A stretch of DNA of 37,031 nucleotides from a virus. A program made the translations under genes and the position numbers. Each line of letters starts with the position of its first letter. The stretch's first letter is position 1. This document shows, one piece after another, positions 23,809-33,993 of this stretch. Under the pieces are notes generated by a model. The model made no database searches. It had not been told where the DNA came from and was given only the letters and a program-made list of their open reading frames with translations. The DNA is taken from UHGV virus genome UHGV-0204068, one strand, 5' to 3'.

Positions 23809-24966
23809 ATGAGTAAGCCAGATATAGAGAAAATGTCTCTTAGGATGGAATCTATTTGGATGGATGCCGAGAATCGAATCATACAGGACATTGTTCGCAG
23901 GATTAGGAAAGCAGGAGAGATTACATCTACTGCCGATTACCAGATTAACAGACTGGTGGAGATGGGAAAGAGTACGGAAGAGGTAGAACGAATCCTGAAA
24001 GACGCCCTGAAAGCCACTTATCCGGAAATGTTTAAACTGTATGACGAGATAGCAGAGTGGCAGTACGTGAGAGACAAGAATATATACGAGCAGATCAACA
24101 GGGGATTTATCCCAGCAGAGGAAAACGAACAGCTCAAACAGGTGTCGCAGGCTATCAGAAAGCAGACACAGGACGAGCTACATAATCTTTCGAGGTCTTA
24201 TGGGTTCTCGGTCTTGATGGGGAATCGGCGTGTATTTATGCCGTTTTCCGAGTACTACCAACGGTATGTAGATATGGCAATCATGGATGTATTAAGCGGT
24301 GCGTTTGACTACAATACGGTTATTCGCAGAGTTGTCACGCAGATGACAAACAGTGGGTTAAGGACTGTAGATTACGCCACCGGATACAGTAACAGAGTGC
24401 ATGTAGCAGTCCGCAGAAGCGTATTGACTGGAGTATCGCAGATCACAGGAGAAATGAACAGAATCAATGCTGAGAAGCTTGGCACGAATTATTACGAGGT
24501 TGACTGGCATCCGGGAGCCAGACCGGAACACCGGAAGTGGCAAGGAAAGGTGTACAGTAAGGAGGAACTCGTATCTGTATGCGGTCTCGGAACCGCAACC
24601 GGATTGCAAGGGGTTAATTGCTACCACGATTACTATCCGTTTGTAAAAGGCGCATCCGAACGACAATGGTCGGACGAATGGCTAAGAAAGCAGAATGCCA
24701 TAGAAAGCCAGACGAAGAGATGGCAAGGAAAAGAGCTGGATACCTATGGAATTACGCAACATCAACGAAAGATGGAAACAGCAATGCGAGCACAGAGGTC
24801 TAAAATTGTAGCACTCAAGACCGCTAGAGCAGATGCAGACCAGATATTGACCATGAGAGTAAAATACAAAGCCCAACTGTACGAATACACCAAGTTCTGC
24901 CGACATATGGGCGTAGAGCAACAAAGAGAACGGATATACATGGATATGTTGGGAAGAGTCGCATAA
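23809..24966 (+). CDS. minor head / head morphogenesis protein (Phage_Mu_F / SPP1 gp7-like)
   Basis: The GLQGVNCYHDYYPF motif (VNCRC-type) sits at the usual C-terminal position. Gene follows the portal. Confidence 0.65.
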   Translation: MSKPDIEKMSLRMESIWMDAENRIIQDIVRRIRKAGEITSTADYQINRLVEMGKSTEEVERILKDALKATYPEMFKLYDEIAEWQYVRDKNIYEQINRGFIPAEENEQLKQVSQAIRKQTQDELHNLSRSYGFSVLMGNRRVFMPFSEYYQRYVDMAIMDVLSGAFDYNTVIRRVVTQMTNSGLRTVDYATGYSNRVHVAVRRSVLTGVSQITGEMNRINAEKLGTNYYEVDWHPGARPEHRKWQGKVYSKEELVSVCGLGTATGLQGVNCYHDYYPFVKGASERQWSDEWLRKQNAIESQTKRWQGKELDTYGITQHQRKMETAMRAQRSKIVALKTARADADQILTMRVKYKAQLYEYTKFCRHMGVEQQRERIYMDMLGRVA

Positions 24967-25069
24967 GCCGGCTCTTTTATTTTGTCCTGCCAAATGACGA
25001 GAAACTGGGTACTTACTTGAGACATGTGGTGCGACCACGAGAAAAAGCGAAGCGAAAGGAAGATATAGC

Positions 25070-25618
25070 ATGAAAAGAGAGTTTTTAGAAGAAATGGGAT
25101 TGGAAAAAGAACAGATTGACAAGATTCTGGACGCCAATTCCGCAGATGTCGGTAAAGCGAAGAAAGATTATGACAATATCAAAACAGAGCTTGATACGAC
25201 AAAACAGCAGCTTGCAGATGCAAACACAGCCATTGATGGATTCGGAGATTACGAAGAAATCAAAGGACAGGTAGCTGATTACAAAGCAAAATACGAAGCA
25301 TCCGAAGCAGAGAAAACGCAGATCAAACAGGACTATGAGTTTAACGGAAAGCTCGAAGCCGCAGCTAAAAAACACGGTGCGAGAGCTTTAAAGGCAGTAC
25401 TTCCGTATCTGAAAACGGATGACCTGAAAGCGTCCAAAAATCAGGATACGGACATTGAAAACGCTTTTAAAGATCTGAAAGAGAACGAAGAAAGCAAGTT
25501 CCTGTTTGCAGATGACGAACCGATTAAGAATCCAGTGCTTGGAAGTGGAGCCGAGAAGCCCGGCGCGTTTGATGCGGTAGCGGCTGCTATGGGACTCACA
25601 GAAGCAGATATGAAATGA
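25070..25618 (+). CDS. scaffolding protein (Phage_GP20-like)
   Basis: N-terminal MKREFLEEMGLEKEQIDKILD, highly charged coiled coil, sits directly upstream of the major capsid gene. Confidence 0.7.
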   Translation: MKREFLEEMGLEKEQIDKILDANSADVGKAKKDYDNIKTELDTTKQQLADANTAIDGFGDYEEIKGQVADYKAKYEASEAEKTQIKQDYEFNGKLEAAAKKHGARALKAVLPYLKTDDLKASKNQDTDIENAFKDLKENEESKFLFADDEPIKNPVLGSGAEKPGAFDAVAAAMGLTEADMK

Positions 25619-25632
25619 TAAGGAGATAAGAT

Positions 25633-26490
25633 ATGGCAAATTCAATTACACTTAGAAAACAGTATTCCACGATGCTCGACCTCGTGTACAAGAAAAGCTC
25701 GCTCACATCTATTTTAGATGGTCCTAGCAATCTTATCCGAGAGGGGGCAAATGCGAATGAAATTTTAATTCCAAAGATGTCTATGCAGGGACTTGCGAAC
25801 TACGATAAGTCCTCTGGATACGTCAACGGTGATGTAACCCTGGACTACGAGACAGTTAAGTGCGATTACGACAGAGGGCGTAAATTCAATGTAGACGCAA
25901 TGGATAATATTGAGTCCGCAGGCGTAGCATTTGGACGTCTTGCTGGAGAGTTTATCCGTACACAGGTAGTTCCTGAGTTGGATGCATGGAGATTTTCTAA
26001 ATATGCGCAGATTTCCGGAATTACAACAGCGGAAGGCGCGCTGAGCGACGGAAAAGCAGCGCTGGCAGCATTAAGAGCCGCAAGAAACGCGATCGAAGAT
26101 GCCGAGGGAGATGTATCCACATGCTACCTGTTTATCAACCCGGCATTGGTTGGAATGGTTGAGGATTTGGATACAACAGCATCTAAGAGAGCACTGGAAG
26201 GATGGGCTGGAATTGTTAAAGTTCCGTCCGCAAGATTCTACACAAAAATCGACCTGACAGCGAATGGAGCTGGTGGATTCGCGAAGAATTCCGGTGGAAA
26301 AGCAATCAACTTTATGGCAATTGATCGGAACGCGGCTATCCAGTACCAGAAACATACTGTACCGAAGATTATTTCACCGGATCAGAACCAGGCTGCCGAT
26401 GCTTATATGTACGCATACAGAACAGTCGGCATGTGTGATGCCTACGAAAATAAAGTAAAAGGAATTTACTGTCATCACGTGGGGGAATAG
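25633..26490 (+). CDS. major capsid protein
   Basis: 285 aa. Strong RBS TAAGGAGATAAGAT. Sits between scaffold and connector genes. Followed by two GC-rich hairpins at 26481-26526. Confidence 0.7.
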   Translation: MANSITLRKQYSTMLDLVYKKSSLTSILDGPSNLIREGANANEILIPKMSMQGLANYDKSSGYVNGDVTLDYETVKCDYDRGRKFNVDAMDNIESAGVAFGRLAGEFIRTQVVPELDAWRFSKYAQISGITTAEGALSDGKAALAALRAARNAIEDAEGDVSTCYLFINPALVGMVEDLDTTASKRALEGWAGIVKVPSARFYTKIDLTANGAGGFAKNSGGKAINFMAIDRNAAIQYQKHTVPKIISPDQNQAADAYMYAYRTVGMCDAYENKVKGIYCHHVGE

Positions 26491-26573
26491 CCCCCTCTGA
26501 TGACATTGCCTTAGTTGGCAGAGGGAAAGTCGGAAAGGCAAAAGTAGGTAAAGCAAAATAAGGAGGTGATAGT

Positions 26574-26957
26574 ATGGCGTACGCAAAGAAAGACTGGAAA
26601 GACGGAGAAGTAATTGCAGAAGCAGCAATGGACAACATTGAGAACGGCGTAGCTGCAAATGATACGAAAAATACACAGCAGGACGAAAAAATCAGCGAGA
26701 TCGAGGGAAAACTTGTTAGGGCAGTTTCCGGATCTAAAGATGGTTTGATGTCTAAAGAGGATAAAGCGAAATTAGATGGAATTGAAGCGCAGGCAAATAA
26801 ATACACACTTCCAACTGCTAACAAAACAACACTTGGCGGTGTGAAACAGATGGCGTTGATTGCAGATTTGTCCACAGAAACAGGGGCTGATTTAAAAAAT
26901 AAAATCAATGCAATTCTTGCCGAAATGAAAAAACAAGGGATTATGGCGAATTCGTAA
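26574..26957 (+). CDS. small structural protein carrying a phage tail-fibre-type repeat (GLMSKEDKAKLDGI)
   Basis: Very strong RBS AAGGAGGTGATAGT. The xGLMSxxDKxKLD motif matches the Phage_fiber_2 repeat. Possibly a head fibre or decoration protein. Confidence 0.45.
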   Translation: MAYAKKDWKDGEVIAEAAMDNIENGVAANDTKNTQQDEKISEIEGKLVRAVSGSKDGLMSKEDKAKLDGIEAQANKYTLPTANKTTLGGVKQMALIADLSTETGADLKNKINAILAEMKKQGIMANS

Positions 26958-26966
26958 GGAGAGTAC

Positions 26967-27341
26967 ATGTTAATAGATTACAAATACTACATCGAGGATT
27001 TTGGTGGAGAGAAAATCTCCACTGAGTCCGCATTTAAAAAGGTGCGTGATCTTGCAGAGATTTATATGGATGATTTCACATCTGGAAGAGCTGCAATTGA
27101 CACGGGAAATGAGCGCCGTATCAAATCGTGCCTTTGCGAGATGTGCGACCATATCTTTGATTTTACAATGAAAAATCGTGGAAAATTCAAAAAATCAGAA
27201 AACACAGACGGGTACTCTGTTAGTTACGTAACAGAGGTTTCTGACGGACAGGATTTTACTAAAGTTCTGGAATCCAAATTATATCTGGTTGCGAAAGCAT
27301 ATCTTGGAAATACTGGATTGATTTACCGAGGGATATGCTGA
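26967..27341 (+). CDS. head-tail connector (gp6-like adaptor), by position
   Basis: First gene after the capsid block. RBS TAAGGAGAG. Confidence 0.4.
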   Translation: MLIDYKYYIEDFGGEKISTESAFKKVRDLAEIYMDDFTSGRAAIDTGNERRIKSCLCEMCDHIFDFTMKNRGKFKKSENTDGYSVSYVTEVSDGQDFTKVLESKLYLVAKAYLGNTGLIYRGIC

Positions 27342-27670
27342 CAAATTCAGATGCAACACTCTACAGCCGGAAGTATAACCCGTTAACCCGGCTGGATGAG
27401 TGGGAACGAACATATATCCCGGAGGTATGGTGGTACAAAAATGAAAAGTCGCAGATCACGACAGATGGATTGAAGCAAGCGGACACTTACACAGTCAGAA
27501 TCCCGGATACGGGCGTGGAAATCAAGAAAGACGATTACCTTGTAAAAGGTGATTGCAAGGTTGACATGCAGACGATTAAGGACTTGGACGGACTGGACAA
27601 GACTAGAATTACATCTGTAAACTACAATACTTTTGGCGGCAATCCGCATATTAAGGTGGTGGGAGCGTAG
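27335..27670 (+). CDS. head closure / head-tail joining protein, by position
   Basis: Overlapping start. ~110 aa as is typical. Confidence 0.4.
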   Translation: MLTNSDATLYSRKYNPLTRLDEWERTYIPEVWWYKNEKSQITTDGLKQADTYTVRIPDTGVEIKKDDYLVKGDCKVDMQTIKDLDGLDKTRITSVNYNTFGGNPHIKVVGA

Positions 27671-28059
27671 TGGCAAAAGGAAAGAAGAAATTCAAGATCG
27701 AGACACCAAGAGGAGCAATTTATACGCAAGCGTCCAGTGACGGAAAAGTGACATCAAGACTTACCTGGAACCCGGGCTTTAAACCAAGCATGGAATCTGG
27801 TTTTTCAAACGCACAGTCTTTTGTAGATTCCGAGTGCATCCGGAGAATGGCATCAGAGACACCGAGACGGACAGGGGTATTGATTAAGTCAGCAACACTT
27901 GGCACCGTGATTGGCAGTGGTGAGATTAACCAGATTGCGCCTTATGCACGTAGGCAATATTACGAACATAAGGAAAAATCACAGTGGTTTGAGCGAATGA
28001 AGAACCGCCACAAGGATTCCATTCTGAAAGGAGCGGCAAACTATGTCAAATCTCATTGA
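27670..28059 (+). CDS. HK97 gp10-like tail-component protein
   Basis: GTG start after GGGAG. Pattern …RRTGVLIKSATLGTVIGSGEINQIAPYARRQYYEH resembles the gp10 family (…TG-L--S---------------YA--VE-G). Confidence 0.45.
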   Translation: MAKGKKKFKIETPRGAIYTQASSDGKVTSRLTWNPGFKPSMESGFSNAQSFVDSECIRRMASETPRRTGVLIKSATLGTVIGSGEINQIAPYARRQYYEHKEKSQWFERMKNRHKDSILKGAANYVKSH

Positions 28060-28462
28060 CAGCGTCAGATCGTATATCCTTACATGCCCTTTTTTGAGTG
28101 ACGGTCGTGTAAATGTGGACTATATTGGGACAGATATGGGGTACTCTGTAGACCCTCTTCCATGCGATCCAATTATCCAGAGATATATGGATGGTGGAGT
28201 GAAGAAACAGTTCCAGTTTGCGTTCACAAGCCAAGAGGAATACGATCAGGACGCACGAATTAACATTGAAAATAGCGGATTTTTCCAGAGCTTCGAAGAG
28301 TGGTTGGAACAGCAGAGCTTCAATGACAACCTTCCAAAACTCGGAGAAAAGAAAAGTCCAATATCAATCGGAACTTTAAACAGCGGCTATCTGTACGATA
28401 TTAATGAAGAAAAAGCCAAGTATCGTATTGAGTGCCGCCTGATCTATACACAGGAGGTATAA
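28043..28462 (+). CDS. tail terminator / tail completion protein, by position
   Basis: Last gene before the major tail protein. Confidence 0.4.
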   Translation: MSNLIDSVRSYILTCPFLSDGRVNVDYIGTDMGYSVDPLPCDPIIQRYMDGGVKKQFQFAFTSQEEYDQDARINIENSGFFQSFEEWLEQQSFNDNLPKLGEKKSPISIGTLNSGYLYDINEEKAKYRIECRLIYTQEV

Positions 28463-28464
28463 GT

Positions 28465-28989
28465 ATGGCAGTAACAGCACCAAAATTAGTAGGCAGGCAT
28501 TTACGTGTGGCTTTTTTAAATACAGACACAACAGGCAGTTCGCCGAAATTCGAAAGAATGACTAATTTTACAACAATGACAAACGGGAAAAATCCAAAAG
28601 AGTACTCACGCCAGTATGTGGATGAAAGCACGGAAAGGTCGGATGTCGTTGGATACGCACCAGCTACAGAATACTCATTCGACATGTATACAGGTAATCC
28701 GGTACATGAGCGCATTGCAGCTATCCACGACGGAGAGAAAGTGGCGGATGATGCGCACGTGGAAGTTGTCACAGTGGATTTTTACAAGAAAAATACGAAA
28801 GGTGATAAGTGCTTTGCGACAAAGAGAACTTATGCAGCCATCCCGGATTCGGACGGAGACGGAACGGATGCTCTGGTCTATAGCGGATCACTGAAAGCTG
28901 TGTCCGACATCGAAGAGGGGTATGTCACGGAAGTGGATATTGCATCCAAAACAGTGACTTACACAAAAGGTGACTACATGGGGGAGTAG
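28465..28989 (+). CDS. major tail (tube) protein
   Basis: Start MAVTAPKLVG with CAGGAGGTATAAGT upstream. ~174 aa, sits before the chaperone pair and the TMP. Confidence 0.65.
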   Translation: MAVTAPKLVGRHLRVAFLNTDTTGSSPKFERMTNFTTMTNGKNPKEYSRQYVDESTERSDVVGYAPATEYSFDMYTGNPVHERIAAIHDGEKVADDAHVEVVTVDFYKKNTKGDKCFATKRTYAAIPDSDGDGTDALVYSGSLKAVSDIEEGYVTEVDIASKTVTYTKGDYMGE

Positions 28990-29044
28990 CTTCCGCCGAT
29001 TTTAAGGCAGTAAAAAACACGAGAAAGAATAGGAGAGTGAGCCA

Positions 29045-29410
29045 ATGAGCCAGTGGAAATGGAATGACGTAGAACTTGAAATCGATATGGACGATGTAGA
29101 GTTTTTGGAAAGATACGAAAAAGTATTCGAAAGCATTGAGCCGAGAGAGAAGAATCTTGAAAAGGTTGGGAAGATATCGGAAATAACAAGGGAATATTGT
29201 TTGCTATTTTATGATATTTTTGACGGAATTTTTGGAGAAGGCACTTCTGAAAAACTTTTTGACGGCAAGATGAATTTGAGAGTGTGTGAAGAGTGCTATG
29301 ATTCATTTATTTCTGTATGTGAAAAAGAAATCAATGCCGTAAATAAGAGACGGAACTCTGTTGTTAGCAAATACACACCGAATAGAGCACAGAGACGGGC
29401 GAAGAAATAA
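29045..29410 (+). CDS. tail assembly chaperone (G-like), by position
   Basis: Acidic 121-aa protein between the tail tube and the Gp15-like gene. Confidence 0.5.
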   Translation: MSQWKWNDVELEIDMDDVEFLERYEKVFESIEPREKNLEKVGKISEITREYCLLFYDIFDGIFGEGTSEKLFDGKMNLRVCEECYDSFISVCEKEINAVNKRRNSVVSKYTPNRAQRRAKK

Positions 29411-29982
29411 TGAACTTTTTCTATGAAGAGCTTCCAACCGAAGTGGATGTGAAAGGTGAAAGCATCAAAATAATTACGGATTTTAGAGAATATATCAGGC
29501 TTTTGGACATGCTGAAAGACCAAGAGCTTGATGCTCTGCAGAAATTTGCAATCATACAGCAATATTTTATTGATGACGTGATTGTAGACGAAGAAGCTAT
29601 AAGTGCATTGTCCTGCTTTATAACGATGGATACAAACTGTGCAAAGGTTGCGGAGACAGGTGATTGTGAAGAACTGCAAGAAAAGCCGAAGAAAAATTTA
29701 TTCTCGTACTCCATTGATTATCCATATATATTATCCGGCTTTCTCAGGGATTATGGAATTGATTTAATCGACATTAAATATATGCATTGGTGGAAATTTC
29801 GGATGCTTTTTGACGGTTTGTCTAACGACACAGAAATCAAACAGAGAATAATGTACCGCAGTGTTGATTTATCGGAAATCAAAGACAAAGAAGAGAGAAA
29901 ACGAATTAAAAAGATCCAGAAATCAATTCAATTGCCATCTGAGAGCCTGACAGATTATGATATCGGAAACGCTTTCATGTGA
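29410..29982 (+). CDS. Phage_Gp15-family tail assembly protein
   Basis: N-terminus FFYEELPTEVDVKGESIKIITDFREYIRLLDMLKD...FAIIQQYF matches the Gp15 family pattern. Confidence 0.6.
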   Translation: MNFFYEELPTEVDVKGESIKIITDFREYIRLLDMLKDQELDALQKFAIIQQYFIDDVIVDEEAISALSCFITMDTNCAKVAETGDCEELQEKPKKNLFSYSIDYPYILSGFLRDYGIDLIDIKYMHWWKFRMLFDGLSNDTEIKQRIMYRSVDLSEIKDKEERKRIKKIQKSIQLPSESLTDYDIGNAFM

Positions 29983-29986
29983 GGTG

Positions 29987-30145
29987 ATGAAGATTAACAA
30001 AATAAAGAAACCGCCACTGGTAAGAAAGTGGTATAGATGTCCGATGTGCGGGTGTAAGCTCTTGATTTATGATAATACAACTGTCTGCACCAATGTATTT
30101 ATTAAGTGCCGGACATGTAAAAAAGAAGTAGAGATTAAGATTTAA
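29987..30145 (+). CDS. Cys-rich KTR-like zinc-ribbon mini-protein (52 aa)
   Basis: WYRCPMCGCKLLIYDNTTVCTNVFIKCRTCKKEVEIKI has two CxxC pairs. GAGGTGATG RBS. Inserted between the chaperone genes and the TMP. Confidence 0.45.
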   Translation: MKINKIKKPPLVRKWYRCPMCGCKLLIYDNTTVCTNVFIKCRTCKKEVEIKI

Positions 30146-30196
30146 GCACTTTAAATTGAGCCATTGAGCCTGTGCTATCCATAAAGGAGGGATAGT

Positions 30197-32527
30197 ATGG
30201 GTTATGATGGCTCATTAAAATTCAATACAGAAATAAACGAATCTGGATTTAATTCAGGAATTTCCAAACTTGGCAGTGTCGCAAGTGGTGGGTTGAAAGT
30301 GATTGCCGGATCAGTAGCTGGTGTTGCTGCAGCATTTGGAGCGGTGTCAAAAATGTCTCTTGATTCCGTTGCTAGTTTGGAGCAAAACATAGGCGGCGTT
30401 GAGACACTGTTTAAAGATAGCGCGCAGACAGTGATCGATAACGCGAACAATGCGTATAAGGCAGCTGGTGTATCCGCGAATAAGTACATGGAGACTGTGA
30501 CAAGCTTCTCAGCATCCCTTTTACAGGGACTTGGAAATAATACCGCAGAAGCTGCCAGAATCGCAGATATGGCAATGGTAGACATGTCTGACAATGCGAA
30601 TAAATTCGGTTCCAACATGACGGATATCCAAAATGCTTATCAGGGATTCGCAAAGCAGAACTACACAATGTTGGATAACTTGAAGCTTGGATATGGTGGA
30701 ACGCAGGCTGAAATGATACGCCTGATTAATGATAGCGGCATTTTGAACGAGAAAATAGAAAATCTCGACAATGTGTCATTTGATCAGATCATTCAGGCAA
30801 TCCACAAGATTCAGGAAAATATGGGTATTGCCGGAACGACAAGTGCAGAAGCATTGACTACCATAGAGGGGTCTGTGCAATCCGCAAAAGCCGCGTTTGA
30901 CAACTTTTTGAATGGTTCAAGTTCCCCTCAGGAGTTGGCAGACGCTGTAAAGGCTGCGGCTGAAAATATAACAAACAATCTAATGCAGATTGTTCCAAGA
31001 CTTGCAAAAGAGCTCCCAGAGGTCGGAAACCTGTTGATGGACAGTCTTTCGCAGTCACTTAACTCAGGGAAACTTGGGGAAATGATGCAGATAGGCGGAC
31101 AAGTCATTTCCAACATAACAACTGGAATTATACAAGCATTGCCAGGAATCGTAACTGCATCAGCACAGATTATAAGTTCGTTTGCGGAAAATATTAGTAC
31201 AAGCATACCGCAACTGTTGTCATCTGGAATTCAGATTATACAGGCAATAGTGAGTGGAATGATGCAGATATTGCCGTCTGTTGGTTCGCTTGCAATCCAG
31301 CTTATTACAACTTTATATGAGCAGCTAACAACACAAGGGCCAAGCTTGTTGCAGCAAGGATATGAGCTACTCAGTAATTTGATTGACGGATTCGTACAGG
31401 CAATTCCGGAAGCATTGCCGAAAGTGCTAGACTTTGTTCAGGGCATCGGTGAGAAACTTGCAGAAGCAGCTCCTGTAATGATTCAAAAAGGATTCGAGTT
31501 GCTGCAGAAATTAGTAGAAGGAATTGTGAGTGCAATACCTATTTTGATTGAGCGAGTTCCGGAAATTATTTCGACATTTGCAAACATCATTAATGATAAT
31601 TTTCCAACAATCCTGATGAAAGGCGCTGAATTACTTGGCCAGTTGGCACTCGGACTTATTCAGGCGATACCGACCTTAATTTCAAATATTCCGCAGATTA
31701 TAGCAGCTATCGTTGATACATTAATGGCGTTCCAGTGGCTGAATCTTGGTAAAACCATTATAACCGCATTAGGAAACGGAATTAAATCTATGGTTGGCTT
31801 CGTGAAGCAATGTGGGGAAGGTATATTGGAAGGAATCAAGACTTCTGTGCAGAATTTACCAAGCACATTGATGAACATAGGAAGAAATGCAATGTCGGGG
31901 CTTGGTAATGTTATATCGTCAGCAGTAGGTTCTCTCAAAGGTGCAGCTTCAAACATTGTAAACGCCATTGTAAGCACGATCTCTTCTATTCCGGGACAGA
32001 TGGCTTCTATCGGAAGTAATATCGTACAGGGATTGTGGAATGGTATTTCGAACATGACAGGATGGATTATTGACAAAATCGGAGGTTTTGCAAGCAGTGT
32101 AGTTTCATCCATTAAGGATTTCTTTGGCATCCATTCCCCGTCAAGAGTTATGCGAGATCAAGTCGGGAAATACCTTGCGATGGGTGTAAGTGTTGGATAC
32201 GAAAAGTATATGCCGTACAAAGAGATGAAAAAAGTATCTGGAAATGTGGTGTCGCAGCTGTCAGCGTCTGTAAATGGTGTAACATTATCAGTTCCCGAAA
32301 GTGCAGGAAGCCAAACGTATCAAAAAAGCGTCGGAATCCAAAGGTCTGGAAATAACGATGAGCTTCTATACGCGGTAGACCGTCTGTCTAGACTTGCCAA
32401 CAGGCCGCTTGAAATCGTTAATAAAATTGACTCTGTGGAGACATCCAGAGCACTTGCAACGCCGATGCAAAGCCAGATTAAAAAGAATCAAGATTTTAGA
32501 AAAATGCTAGGAGGAGATAGAACTTGA
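30197..32527 (+). CDS. tail tape measure protein
   Basis: 776 aa, low-complexity helical, directly upstream of Dit. RBS AAAGGAGGGATAGT. Confidence 0.85.
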   Translation: MGYDGSLKFNTEINESGFNSGISKLGSVASGGLKVIAGSVAGVAAAFGAVSKMSLDSVASLEQNIGGVETLFKDSAQTVIDNANNAYKAAGVSANKYMETVTSFSASLLQGLGNNTAEAARIADMAMVDMSDNANKFGSNMTDIQNAYQGFAKQNYTMLDNLKLGYGGTQAEMIRLINDSGILNEKIENLDNVSFDQIIQAIHKIQENMGIAGTTSAEALTTIEGSVQSAKAAFDNFLNGSSSPQELADAVKAAAENITNNLMQIVPRLAKELPEVGNLLMDSLSQSLNSGKLGEMMQIGGQVISNITTGIIQALPGIVTASAQIISSFAENISTSIPQLLSSGIQIIQAIVSGMMQILPSVGSLAIQLITTLYEQLTTQGPSLLQQGYELLSNLIDGFVQAIPEALPKVLDFVQGIGEKLAEAAPVMIQKGFELLQKLVEGIVSAIPILIERVPEIISTFANIINDNFPTILMKGAELLGQLALGLIQAIPTLISNIPQIIAAIVDTLMAFQWLNLGKTIITALGNGIKSMVGFVKQCGEGILEGIKTSVQNLPSTLMNIGRNAMSGLGNVISSAVGSLKGAASNIVNAIVSTISSIPGQMASIGSNIVQGLWNGISNMTGWIIDKIGGFASSVVSSIKDFFGIHSPSRVMRDQVGKYLAMGVSVGYEKYMPYKEMKKVSGNVVSQLSASVNGVTLSVPESAGSQTYQKSVGIQRSGNNDELLYAVDRLSRLANRPLEIVNKIDSVETSRALATPMQSQIKKNQDFRKMLGGDRT

Positions 32528-33993
32528 GCCTATCAGTAAAATTTGACGATCAGGAACTCGGGCGATACTTAAGTGTATTGTCCGGGTTCTCTCCGTTTAG
32601 CGGAGCAAATAGAGAGTCAGAACTCCTTGACGGAGCAGAAAGTGCAAAAGGAGAGGATTTTGGCTATATAACATATAAATCAAAGACGATTGAAATGCCC
32701 TTTGAAATTAAAGGTGATATCTTGGCAAGCTATGATGCGATTCAGAAAATTTTAAACGTCACAGAGCCGAAAAGGCTTGTGTTTGGGAATTATCCGGATC
32801 GCTATTTTTATGCTGTTCCTGATGGTGATTTTGACATAACACAGGTTGCAATGTTTGGAAAAGGCACAATCACATGGTTAATCCCGGATGGGGTAGCGTA
32901 CTCCACCACAGAATTTGCGTTTGATGGAGTACAGGAAGACGGCTACCAAACGATTACCATTAAGAACAACGGCACCGAATGGGCGGATGTGGACTACGAG
33001 ATCACGCACAAGCATGAAAGCGGATTTATCGGACTTGTGAGCCAATACGGAGTAATCCAGCTTGGAAAAGAGGAAGAAGCAGACGGAGAGAATTACAAAG
33101 CATCTGAAAACTTATTCGATGGATACAGCCTGTTTCAAGACGATCACGGTACGTCTTATCAGAACCCAGAGAATACCACACAGGGAACGTTGGAAGTACG
33201 GAATGTTGCCGGATACAACGTGATGGCATTAAAAGGTGGACAGGCAACATCTGGATACTGGAATGGTGGAATGAAAACACTCACGATACCGTTAGATAGT
33301 GAGGGGAAACGCGGAGCAAAGAATTTTTACTGTTATACCCAACACTGGTTTGAAACCGGCTTGATGGGGCAGACAGGAGCGCAGACCATTGCATTCCTGA
33401 CCGGAGACAATAAAGTAATCTGCGCCATGTCGATAAACAAAAGCGATTCTGTCGGAAATACGGCTCGTGTCGAGTGGTTCGCTCCCGGAAACACCTTAAT
33501 CAGACGAGAAGAGTTTCAGCCGACAGCGTACGAGGGTAATCCGTTTAATCTTAAAATGGGATGCCACAACGACTTCCTGAAAGAGGGAGAAAAGCTTCGG
33601 ATTTTCTGGTATGGAAATTATATGGAACGAAATATACCGGAAATTAAAGACATGGAATGCGAAAAGATTCAGATCTGGATTGGACAGTGGGGAGATAGGA
33701 ATCTATCAAGCCAGTACGTTACGCACAATTATTTAAAAAGCATCCGATTCCGAAAAGACAATGTCGATAAGTATAAGGACGTGCCAAACCGGTATCGTGC
33801 CGGTGATATAGTGACTATAGACGGAGAGAGTACAAAGGTCTATGTAAATGGGATGCCGGCAAAAGGAGATGAAATTACAGGATCGAATTATCCAAAAGTT
33901 CCACCGGGAACAACGGAAGTCCAGTTCTGCTATTCTTCATTCTCTTCTCCACCGCCACAGATTAAAGCAAAAATAAGGGAGGTTTACTTGTAA
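32524..33993 (+). CDS. distal tail protein (Dit) with C-terminal extension
   Basis: TTG start after AGGAGGAGA. Position between TMP and Tal. Size (489 aa) suggests an evolved Dit with carbohydrate-binding insertions. Confidence 0.65.
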   Translation: MSLSVKFDDQELGRYLSVLSGFSPFSGANRESELLDGAESAKGEDFGYITYKSKTIEMPFEIKGDILASYDAIQKILNVTEPKRLVFGNYPDRYFYAVPDGDFDITQVAMFGKGTITWLIPDGVAYSTTEFAFDGVQEDGYQTITIKNNGTEWADVDYEITHKHESGFIGLVSQYGVIQLGKEEEADGENYKASENLFDGYSLFQDDHGTSYQNPENTTQGTLEVRNVAGYNVMALKGGQATSGYWNGGMKTLTIPLDSEGKRGAKNFYCYTQHWFETGLMGQTGAQTIAFLTGDNKVICAMSINKSDSVGNTARVEWFAPGNTLIRREEFQPTAYEGNPFNLKMGCHNDFLKEGEKLRIFWYGNYMERNIPEIKDMECEKIQIWIGQWGDRNLSSQYVTHNYLKSIRFRKDNVDKYKDVPNRYRAGDIVTIDGESTKVYVNGMPAKGDEITGSNYPKVPPGTTEVQFCYSSFSSPPPQIKAKIREVYL

